In this document: positions 10,283-19,860 of the stretch, piece after piece | Layout: every line of letters begins with the position of its first letter | Numbering within the stretch: position 1 is the first letter of the stretch | NCBI GenBank assembly: GCA_024626585.2 | Contig: JANKJI020000002.1 | Coordinates: 6,218,803-6,238,662 of the forward strand | Origin: Ginkgo biloba | Taxonomy: Eukaryota > Plantae > Ginkgophyta | Direction of reading: 5' to 3' | Length of the DNA stretch: 19,860 bases | Notes under the pieces: model-generated | The model's input: only the letters and a program-made list of their open reading frames with translations | Database searches by the model: none | What the model was told of the DNA's origin: nothing | Translations under genes and position numbers: made by a program

Positions 10283-10423
10283 TTACAGAGCAACCTTCAT
10301 CAATATGGGCTATGATAACTTCTACACCAACAGAACGATGGCATCGTCTTAGTTGACCAAATTATTACAATTATCCTTCATAAGAAGGCCGCCTGCTTGA
10401 GAGAGCCTGTATGCTAAAAACAT
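10283..10423 (-). promoter_or_regulatory. Three upstream ORFs in the putative 5' leader (10423-10349, 24 aa; 10344-10300, 14 aa; 10300-10283, 5 aa)
   Basis: Read directly on the minus strand: MFLAYRLSQAGGLLMKDNCNNLVN*, MPSFCWCRSYHSPY*, MKVAL*. Relevant only if transcription starts near 10450. Confidence 0.35.
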
Positions 10424-10452
10424 CAATTCTCGCAGACACGAGGTTTATAGTG

Positions 10453-10487
10453 AAACCCTAGCCACTCCTTTCCATCCCTTATAAAAG
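10453..10487 (-). promoter_or_regulatory. Probable core promoter of RGGA: TATA-like TTTATAAG followed by a telo-box (AAACCCTA, 10453-10460)
   Basis: Exact AAACCCTA at 10453-10460, ~220 nt upstream of the ATG, with a TATA-like element at 10478-10487 just upstream of it. Telo-boxes near the TSS are typical of plant translation/ribosome-related genes. The TSS itself is not observed. Confidence 0.5.
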
Positions 10488-12194
10488 ACCTAGCTTCTCT
10501 ATATTAGGCCTTTCATTTTGTCTTTAAGACAAACATAACAAACCACATTTGTTTAAAATTTTCAAATATTAATTAACACTTCACCCCCATTGGAAAGAGA
10601 CAAAGATAGGGGTGAATTGTGAGGGAAGGGGGGATACCTAGGTTTGGAGGACATATTATGGTGGCTCATGGCATTTGGACATCTAGGGTGTTGTTTGTGA
10701 AAATGGCGTGCCTTAATAAGAATTGAACTCATGTAGAAAATTACCTTTTAAGTAATGGACCATCTCAAGGGCATATGCATTATTCTATCGAAGAGAGATG
10801 TGACTAATCTAAATTTTATTGTTAATTGGTGTGGTAGATGCCCATCCTAAATTGGAACGATGTTATGTGAATATTATCTATGCTAATGCGTTGATTATTG
10901 ATGTGATCTTATAGATCACCCTAACTAATTGCCAACTCTTAGACTTGTGGATGTAGTAAGTGTGCACAAAGTATGACTACATTAAAACTTAGTTGATTAT
11001 CACTAATGAGCATGGGATATGTTGAACCACTATGTTAATCCATGAGGCTTATGCTTAAAGTACAAGATTACAAGAAATGAACAATCAACATCATTTAATA
11101 CATATGGTTATGAATTAATAGAAAGTAATAACTAATAATTAGGGAGTAGGTCAAAGCATTTATACGAGTGTTGTAGTCCATTTACATGTAATAGAGGTGG
11201 TCAGGACCAATAAGTTAAAAATGGACAAATGCCCTTAAAGCTACCTTATGTTGAAGTTATCTTATGTAGAAACATAAGTCAAGAAATGAAGGGGGTACAC
11301 TTGGATTTAAATTCTCAATTACACATGGATTGAACAATCAACAAGTTGTATAGAAAAGACTGCACAAGTCATACACATGCTTTCTCATATAATGTCATTA
11401 TATCTTGTGATATTGTTATGCCTTAGTTTGTTGTTATAAATAGAAAAATACTTAAAGAATATTTTAAGTCTAGATGTTTTACCTTGTAGAGTCAAATCAT
11501 AATAAGGATAGAAGATAACTCATTCACATTAATATAGAGAGTAAAAAAAAAGAAGCAACCCAACAAAGAGAATACTACCCTTTCTACCATGTACACTAGA
11601 ATGCTACGATTAGATAATGGATTATAGTAAAATATTACAAAAAAGTAATAGTAATCCTAAATAGCCATATTATAAATTGAATTCTTGTCCTTATGGCTAT
11701 CATATCAATTGTGGAAAGCAAACCCCTTTTATGAAAATAATCAATAATAATAAGAGGTTTTCGATAGCTAAGATAGCTTCTAACCCAACGTCCNNNNNNN
11801 NNNNNNNNNNNNNNNNNNNNNNNNNNNNNNNNNNNNNNNNNNNNNNNNNNNNNNNNNNNNNNNNNNNNNNNNNNNNNNNNNNNNNNNNNNNNNCTACATC
11901 CTTTACTTGTAGGGTTGTACTTTCAACGATTTCTGTTATGTCCCTAACTACCAGTAATTAACAGATAAACAAAAGAGTACCATCAAGATCCGAAGGGACA
12001 CCAAACAATTATATAAATGTCAACCTTTCACTCATAATCATCATTAATATATGAATTATAATTTCTTTCCTCACTTTGTGTGAGAAGAAAATCAAATTAC
12101 TGGGGAGACAGGTGCACCCCAAGGCCTTCTTCCTCCTTATCAGTTATCCTCTCCCAATAAGAACCCGCCAGGGTCCTTACAAGTGGTATTAGAG

Positions 12195-14250
12195 CCACCA
12201 TTTGTATGTATGCATGTTTTCCTTGTCAACTTCTTGGAGAGACGCCATGCATGCCCTTTGGGCACATTAGAAGATATATCATTAATGCAATCCTTAAACC
12301 ATCATGAATGCACTATCCTCTCTTTATCTTCCTGGCCTTCATTCTTTTCCCTTGATATCCCAGGTCGAAGGGAAGCTTCCCAAGAAGAGCGTCACACCTC
12401 TCTTGGAACTAGTAGCATCCTCATTAATAGAGAACCTCCTATGAGAGTCAAGAAAGGGATGCCTTCCAAGAGATCATCATTCGAGCCCCTTTCCTCCTTG
12501 GTGTGACTTGACACACATGTTTGAAATATGGCATTACGGGTCCCTCTTATTATAAACATAATCATTGGTCCTTTTAACCTTCCTAGGTGCACAAGGATTG
12601 CTCAAGATTTTCAAGGATTTCCTATTTTTTCTTCTTTTAGCACACATGCCTTAATTTTAATTTAATAATGCCATGGACCCTACCAAACCTCACTCATCCT
12701 CCTGGTTCATTTGGAGNNNNNNNNNNNNNNNNNNNNNNNNNNNNNNNNNNNNNNNNNNNNNNNNNNNNNNNNNNNNNNNNNNNNNNNAGAGGAAGTAAAA
12801 CCTATGGGTAAGATAGGACCCAAATCAATCCTGGTCATCTTTAATCTCCTGGTCAAGTCAAGATGTGCTATAGGACTCAAGAACGAGGAGTTTTCTTCTT
12901 TTGAGAATATATCCTAGCAAGATAATGATTGCTCTATCCGCATAGGAGATATATTGATTTGTGTGACATTCCTTAATGACCCTATATTATGACCAAGTAT
13001 AAGCAAGCCATGTTGTGACTCATGTGATCCTTAAAGGATGGGCCAAAAGGTAATTCAGAAGGTGCTAGAAGGCATCCAAAGACTGGTAAAAATTCTACAA
13101 AGGGACGAATTCGACAAATGGAGGAGAATAAATGTGGAGAAGGTTGATATTAGATGGAAGGGAATGAGGTTGGGTGGTGAGTGATACTTTCACTANNNNN
13201 NNNNNNNNNNNNNNNNNNNNNNNNNNNNNNNNNNNNNNNNNNNNNNNNNNNNNNNNNNNNNNNNNNNNNNNNNNNNNNNNNNNNNNNNNNNNNNNAGGTA
13301 CTGGAAGGCATTCGAATACTAGTAATTTTTTTGTAAAGGGACCAATTCGATGAATGGAGAAGAACAAAGATAGCGAAGGTTGGGATTAGATGGAAGAGAA
13401 TGAGGTTGGGTGGTGAGAGATACTTGTGCTATAGCTTGTGTACTCCTTGCTTAAAGGTCATTTACATGGTAAGATAGAATAGATAGAATTGGAAAGAAAT
13501 GTAAGGGGCGATCGCAGGGGACTAGGCGTGTCTTGTTTCTCCTTCTTATGAGTAGGTCAAGTTTTTCCTGTCCCTAGGAAAAGTACAGGCAAGAAGGATG
13601 ATGAGAGAGGGATTTGAGGGATTTGACAGGAAATAAGAGGTTTGCAGGGGGAGACAAATAAAGGTTCTTTTTTTATTCGATGAGCAATCCATCCATTACT
13701 TCCCGTAAATAAGTTTGTATGTCTTATTTCTTTATGGGGACATGAAGAATAATCCCCCTCTTTCGATGTGCATGAGGGTTTGACAGAGTTGTAGAGCAAA
13801 CATGAAATGTGGGACGTGGCAGCCTCTCATCCAAAGTGGAGGTGTATGCTTAGACAGGAGTCTAAAATAGCCTCAAAGCAAGGATTATCTCAAGAAAAAA
13901 AAATTGTTGATCTTCTAAAGTGGAGGTTGGTCGGTATAGACCAATAGTGTCTTCATGCTCAATGGTTCCAGGAACCTCCTTTAACTTTTGACCTTCTTTT
14001 GGTGTTTGTGACCAGTGTACAGACTGCACTATTTAGGGACACTTAAAAAATGGAATACATTTGATGTAAATAATTCTTTGATGAATAGAATATTTGATGC
14101 ATTNNNNNNNNNNCGATTTTTTCCAAACATCAGCCTCCTCATATCTTGGGTAAAGTATGAGGAGGTTGATACTACATCATGGGTTTGTTATCATATCTAC
14201 TATGTTCTTCCTTGACTATGATAGAATGTAGTGTTAACAGTAAGGTGCCA
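12195..14250 (-). mobile_element. Degenerate LTR-retrotransposon remnant related to the + strand element at 15917-19860; boundaries uncertain
   Basis: The reverse complement of 12195-12716 is collinear with 18014-18553. The region also has a Pro/Ser-rich tandem repeat at 13060-13431 and a weak PBS-like TGGCACCTTACTG at 14250-14238. The upstream boundary is tentative. Confidence 0.5.
13060..13431. repeat. Diverged 136-bp tandem duplication straddling a 100-N gap (13060-13195 and 13296-13431)
   Basis: Both copies start aggt(g/a)ct(a/g)gaaggcat and share attagatggaag(g/a)gaatgaggttgggtggtgag(t/a)gatactt near their ends. Confidence 0.85.
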
Positions 14251-15916
14251 ACAAAATCTAAGTGGTACAAGCTCAAAGAGGTAGAGAATAACTTTTCTCC
14301 CCAATTCAAAATTAACTAAGTTTTTTAGGGACCAAAACCCACAAAAAGGGGAGGGCTAATCCATTTTTTGATCCAAAAAGAATTGAAAAATGTCAAGAAT
14401 GAATGGACAGAGTATTACTAGAATCAAACATAAGTAATGTAATAGAATTTGAAAGGTGAGGATATTATGTCAGTCAACAATAGAGAAGAAACTATGTCAC
14501 TGTCAATTTTTTAAAAGATTGGGTGTCAAAGATTCGTAAGACTTAAAATGAGGATCGATCAACAAAAGCCTAAAGTTTAACAAAGTATGATGACTAGCGA
14601 GTCCTGAAGGCCAAAACTAGCTAATGACAACGAAAATGAGTCTATCATTATCGATGAAAATTTTAAAGAAGAGTTTGTCACTATCGGCAGATGGTACAAA
14701 ACTAATTCATCGTTGACATCGAATGGAGTAATGACAAGATTATAGTTGTCAATAAAAGAGGTAAATATCGTTTTGTTATTGTTAGTGGAAGAATTAAAAA
14801 GAAATACTAGGTGTTCATAGGTCAATCACTGATAGAGAGAGAGAAAAGCCATGGAGAAAGCACTCTTTTTATCTTAGAGATTAAGAATTTCACTCAGATA
14901 GAGACAAAAGGAGGAATTCACTCTAATGAAGACACTGATGACAACGACGTTGAATGATGATTCAATTACATGACATTTCAACTACTTTGAGCAATTATGG
15001 ACTTGAAATAATACTCGAGGAAAAAGGGAGAAGAAGGAATAGTTGGAGGGGTAAGGAGAAGAGGGAAACTTAGAGATATAAAATTAGTGAAAGAGTGACT
15101 TTCATAATAAGGAATACGGAGAAATTTTTTTCTAAGACACAATGTGGGAGAGATTTTGGAGGATAGGAACCAACTTCACATCGGTTTTGGGGAAAACCTT
15201 ATGTTACTGTGAAAAATACTTATGAGAGGAATGTAATGAATAAATACATAGGTGTAATTTATGTAATCCTTATTTGATCTAGTTTTAATGAATTTTGGAT
15301 TTTTATTCCCTAAGAGGGTTTTCGTAGTTAAAAATATTATGTTGTTGTGTAAAAAATTATATGTTCGAAACATTTTAGTTCTCCCTTAAATTTTTCTATA
15401 ATTCAAGTTAATAGGATTTCATGAACTTTTAGAAATAATGTTTTAAAGTAAAAAATAAATAAAATGAATTCATAGTTAGTAAAATTAGACAATTCTAAAT
15501 TGTGCACTAAGATATGAATTATATGTCTACCTTGGAATCAACCTGAAATAGAATATGTTACATAGTTGCCTATGTTTATGAATAAACTACAAAATAATGC
15601 ATATTATTTTATGAAGGATATGAAATATTCAAAGGAGGAGAAGGAGGAATTGGTTTTGTCACCAAAGAAGGAGCCTATGTTATTACATCAATTNNNNNNN
15701 NNNNNNNNNNNNNNNNNNNNNNNNNNNNNNNNNNNNNNNNNNNNNNNNNNNNNNNNNNNNNNNNNNNNNNNNNNNNNNNNNNNNNNNNNNNNNAAGTTAG
15801 AGGGTCTTAAGAATCCTTATTGTTACATTGTCTTGGGACTATTTCTCCGAGTTACAATAGTTATAGCCTTATCCACTCTCTTTTGTCCAAGTGCCAAGAA
15901 CGGTCATAAATAAAAT

Positions 15917-15934
15917 TGGTGACCATACTAGGGA
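15917..15934 (+). other. Putative primer-binding site (tRNA-Arg-like) of the gypsy element
   Basis: TGGTGACCATACTAGGGA lies ~400 bp upstream of the gag core. It resembles the tRNA-Arg PBS TGGCGACTCCACTGGGGA of Tat/Ogre elements (13/18 by eye, mostly transitions; reference recalled from memory). Confidence 0.45.
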
Positions 15935-16336
15935 AGAGTTCAAAAGTTTCTTAGTTATTCATTGGTTAATGAATTGGCTAGTGCAAGTGGTTTAAATACT
16001 AGGAGGCCCTACACAAGATCTCAAAGAGCTCAAGGTGTAATTCAGCCTTTTCAAAGATCTCCTTAAGATAGAAAGAACATATGACCAATCATAAGAAAAG
16101 TACCTTTCACTTTAAAGATTATTGATAGATGTGCATGTGAGACTAAGCTTCTGAGTCTAGGTCCCTCAGCCTTAGTCAAAATGACACCCCAACAATCTAC
16201 ATCTTCTTCTCTTCCTAGAGTTCACCCACTCATTAGAAGTCATTCCTTTATATCCAAGTTCATATATCCTNNNNNNNNNNNNNNNNNNNNNNNNNNNNNN
16301 NNNNNNNNNNNNNNNNNNNTGAACTTGGAGGGATAG

Positions 16337-16973
16337 TTCGATGATGTGCCTGATAAAGCTTGGGATGCCTATCCCAAATTCCAAGGAGACAATTTGCCTA
16401 TGGGAGAGTAACACCTAGATAATTTTACGGTCATGTGCAGAAATTTTAACATAATTAAAGAAAATATGACCGTGAGATTGTTTATGCATTCTTTTGAGGT
16501 TGAAGTGCTATAATGGTACCAATCTCTGCCTAATGGATCCANNNNNNNNNNCCCTCATGCAATACTTCATACCAAAGTTCCTTTAAGAAAAGACTACTAT
16601 TATTTTGATTAAAGAGTTGTTGACCATAAAAAAGAATAATAAAGAAAGTGTCAAGGACTATGTATTTAGGTATGACATAGTCCTAAATTCTATTCCTTAA
16701 AATTCTCGCCCTGTAATAGAGGTACAATAAGAGTGGTTCTTGGAAGGACTGGACCCTAACATGAGGTATGATATTGAAGATAAATTGCCTACTGACTTGA
16801 TAATTGTGAAGACAACTGCAATTGCCATCAAGGAGAGACTAATACAGGTCGATAAAGTTAGGCCCCTCAACTTCACCATTCCTAAAGAAGAGAAAGATAC
16901 TACCATCCCCCAAACTCAAGCACTCCTCAAGAGAATAGGGAATAAAATTATAGCCTTGAAGAGGCAAGCCTAG
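16337..16973 (+). pseudogene. gag: Retrotransposon gag (decayed)
   Basis: FDDVPDKAWDAYPKFQGDNLPMGE*HLDNFTVMCRNFNIIKENMTVRLFMHSFEVEVL*WYQSLPNGS then LIKELLTIKKNNKESVKDYVFRYDIVLNSIP*NSRP…FLEGLDPNMRYDIEDKLPTDL…. This fits the plant retrotransposon gag pattern PKF-G…HL…VRLF..S…WY..LP.GS / K…ESV.D…R. Confidence 0.85.
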
Positions 16974-17389
16974 GAATAAAGAAATAAAAAGTTTACCTTC
17001 CTACAAAGGCCTAAGGAAAAACCCTCCACCTCCAACCATGAAATGACTTATAAATATTATGATGATATGGACATTAATGAGTAAGATATTAGATTCAAGA
17101 ACCCAATTGGATAAGATCCAAATTTTGTTAAATTTATAATATATTTCAACATGATGAGTTATAATGGGGAGGAATTAAATCTTGATAAGTAATAATTAGT
17201 GGTGTAGAACACAACTCAAGCTACTAAGGATAAAGGCAAGAATGCTCAAGCTCAAGGGTCCCCCGATCATCTATCATTCTAAAATTTGGGTCATCAAAAG
17301 TAAAATGAGCCTCAAAGGATAATCTCAACTTGTAAGACACCATGGTAGAACAATAAGATATCGATGCTACAATTATTGGCCTAAGATTC

Positions 17390-17860
17390 CAAAGTCCCTC
17401 ATTTTACATATCCCTAAAGATAAATAATCCCATACTTTAGAATTGTATTGTTGACACTAGAGTGACACATAATACCATGCCTTGTGCGGTCATAAAGGAT
17501 CTAAGGCATAGTGCATTAAGAATAATTAAGTTATGAGGGCGATGGACTAAGAAACTATAGTTATTATTAGTGAAATCAAGCAATTTATGGNNNNNNNNNN
17601 NNNNNNNNNNNNNNNNNNTGGTTGTAGATTCTAGGATAGCAATAAAAATTTCACTTGTAGTGGTTGGCATGCCTCCAGTGTATGGAATGCTCTTAGGTCG
17701 TGAATGGGTATATGAGATTAGGGTATTCATTAACACAAGTATGGAAACCATTACCTTCCCTCATAATAGGGATCTTATCACTCTCTCAAGAGAAGAAAAA
17801 TATAAATATCTTATTCATTATAGGGAAGTTAAGGAGGCCAATACCCAATACATTCCTAGA
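17390..17860 (+). pseudogene. Retrotransposon aspartic protease (decayed)
   Basis: FYISLKINNPIL*NCIVDTRVTHNTMP (catalytic D-T/S-G mutated to DTR), followed by LVVVGMPPVYGMLLGREW…ITFPHNRDLITLSRE (the LLG-R-D/E-W motif of gypsy proteases). Confidence 0.8.
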
Positions 17861-18899
17861 NNNNNNNNNNNNNNNNNNNNNNNNNNNNNNNNNNNNNNNN
17901 NNNNNNNNNNNNNNNNNNNNNNNNNNNNNNNNNNNNNNNNNNNNNNNNNNNNNNNNNNNNTTATTGACTATCCTTTCCTTGTAGCATTTACCACCCTGGT
18001 GTGATCAAGGAAGTTCCAAATGATCCAAGAGGGTGAACAGGCTTATGAGGGGTCCACAACATCACTACATCAAAATTAAGGCATTTTCACCAAAGAAAAA
18101 AAAATAAGGGCCATTCTTGGTGAATTCACACAACCCTTATACTACTAGGAAGGTTCAAAAGATCCAGGACGATGCTTAATAAAGGAAGGACCCCACAATG
18201 AAACTTAATCCTATTTTAATCATGTGTATCAAGTCAAACATAAAGGGAAAGGGATGAAAAAATAATAGTATCCTGGAAGATACCTCCTCCTTTACTCACT
18301 CAGGAATCCCTTATATTAACCAAGATGTTATCATCTCTAAGAAGGGTATGAAACGCTTCTTATAAGATTCTCCTTAACCTCGAACATCATGGAAATAGAA
18401 CAAAGCCTAGGATAAATAGAAGATAATAGTGCATTCATGACTTTTTAAGACATACATTAATGACCTGTCTTATAAGCATCCCAAGGGTATGCGTTGAGTC
18501 TCATCGAGAAGATGATGAGATAACCATTGACCAATTAGTTCATAACAAGTGGTAGAAAATGACAGACATTCCCTTTGAGAAGTGACAGAGGTTAATGCTT
18601 TTAAATTCTTCCTCCTTTCCTTCCACCAAATTCTATATATTCAAAATTTTCTGTTCCTCAATACACCAAGATTCAGCATTCCTAGAGTGTATGTGGATTT
18701 AGAAAGTTATGGGTATTTATAGGTTGAGAATTTGTAGAACCTCTCCAAAGAAGAAGTCTAACCAAGTTCATATCCAGAATGGCCCAGTACAAAAATGGTC
18801 TTTCCCTTGGACCACTTAGTTTTGTCCCTAGAGATGGAGACTCGGTCATTTTGGGTGAAAAAAGTAATTAAAGATCATCTAAACCTGTACACTTAAGAA

Positions 18900-19480
18900 T
18901 GGGAGAAATTAATCATAAAATATGTGGTCATCTAGCTCCATCTAGGGTATGTAAATATGATAAAATTAGGGATAGTAGATTATGCACAAGCTCTAGTCCT
19001 ATACTTACCATATTCGATTATGGTCAAAATACTTCACCATTTTGAAAAAAGATTATGTTTTATTTTAAGATATAGTGGTTCAAGTGAATGAAGGACCGAT
19101 TAATCACATAATGGGGTTGCCTATTTCTAGTGATAAAATTAACCTCAAGGAAGAAGTGAGATCTATGGGAAGAGAAAAGATCCTACTAAAATTATACCCA
19201 GGTTACAAAGAGGTTAATGTCTGGAATAAATATAATAGTTTCATTATAAATAAAATTACTAATGAGGGAGCCAAATAGGTAGCCATAATTATGGCTGGAA
19301 TATTGATTGGAATAGAGGCCATCACCTATTTTAGCCATCATTGGGTTGTAGTGACATCCAAGGTAGTAGAAGGAATGGTGTATGCATGGGATTTGTGGGT
19401 AGCCAACACATTTAAGGAGCATTACCTAGCATCTTAAATGTTTGGATTTCTTTTTCCAATACCTTCCCTCCATCATTTGC
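18900..19480 (+). pseudogene. Decayed accessory ORF of the gypsy element (function unknown)
   Basis: ORF 19075..19278 continues in frame through TAG and TAA: …INHIMGLP…FIINKITNEGAK*VAIIMAGILIGIEAITYFSHHWVVVTSKVVEGMVYAWDLWVANTFKEHYLAS*MFGFLFPIPSL. Homologous to the intron-4 fragment; boundaries approximate. Confidence 0.6.
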
Positions 19481-19860
19481 ATGGATGCCCTGGGACCTCT
19501 AGGATGGATTGAACTAGATGAACAACCCCGATTGAATTCATATTCATGCCTAAAAAGGAAAAAATGTGGCATTAGATAAAAAGCAACTGACGCCTATCTG
19601 GAAAAAAATCTATCTGACACTACGGTGGTTAAACGATGGTCCCAAAAGAAGTAAAAACCTCCCTGAATATATCAAGAAGTAATGGAGGGAAGTTCATTAG
19701 ATAGAGGATGATAAAATAATGTACACCTCACTGATAGTGGCAAATGCACTAAATGATAAGAAATTTGTCCTAATATGGCCTCACCCAATATGGATTAAGC
19801 ATACCTGTAACACAAATTGGGGGTCTTTAGCTCAAAATCATGTAACGAGAGATCGCCTGT

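Larger units (their letters stand above)
15917..19860 (+). mobile_element. Degenerate Ty3/gypsy (Tat/Ogre-like) LTR retrotransposon internal region: PBS - gag - protease - unknown block - accessory ORF; runs off the window
   Basis: Gag and aspartic-protease motifs on the + strand with many stops and frameshifts, an upstream PBS-like site, and a downstream decayed accessory ORF. Confidence 0.8.

Noticed and set aside
10306-10311. Site II motif TGGGCT
   Set aside because: Single copy, downstream of the telo-box in the gene's orientation, whereas functional site II elements are usually multiple and upstream.
9839-10356. + strand ORFs 9839..10108 and 10141..10356
   Set aside because: Antisense shadows of RGGA exon 1 and its flanks; no independent motif.

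Overview
AT-rich eukaryotic land-plant genomic DNA from a gappy draft assembly. There are 16 N-runs, five of them exactly 100 N (gaps of unknown size). The repeat style suggests a gymnosperm, but that is inference only. The one intact gene is on the minus strand: a 7-exon RGGA / hyaluronan-mRNA-binding family (SERBP1/Stm1-like) RGG-box RNA-binding protein. Its CDS is join(10235..10070, 7588..7180, 7063..6995, 6842..6701, 5091..4933, 4783..4721, 4635..4444) = 1200 nt, 399 aa, with all introns GT-AG and all phases consistent. Just upstream are a TATA-like/telo-box promoter and three closely packed uORFs. The rest of the upstream DNA is decayed retroelement. A + strand Ty3/gypsy (Tat/Ogre-like) element runs from a PBS-like site at 15917 through gag, protease, an unknown block and an accessory ORF, with no visible RT/RNaseH/integrase. 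A minus-strand relative shares ~520 bp with it (12195-12716 vs 18014-18553). Intron 4 of the gene holds an antisense, distantly related copy of the same accessory ORF, bounded by short direct repeats. I found no convincing wholly new biological system. The best leads are the possibly non-autonomous gag-PR-accessory ORF retroelement, the intronic copy of its ORF, and the uORF and alternative-splice features of RGGA.
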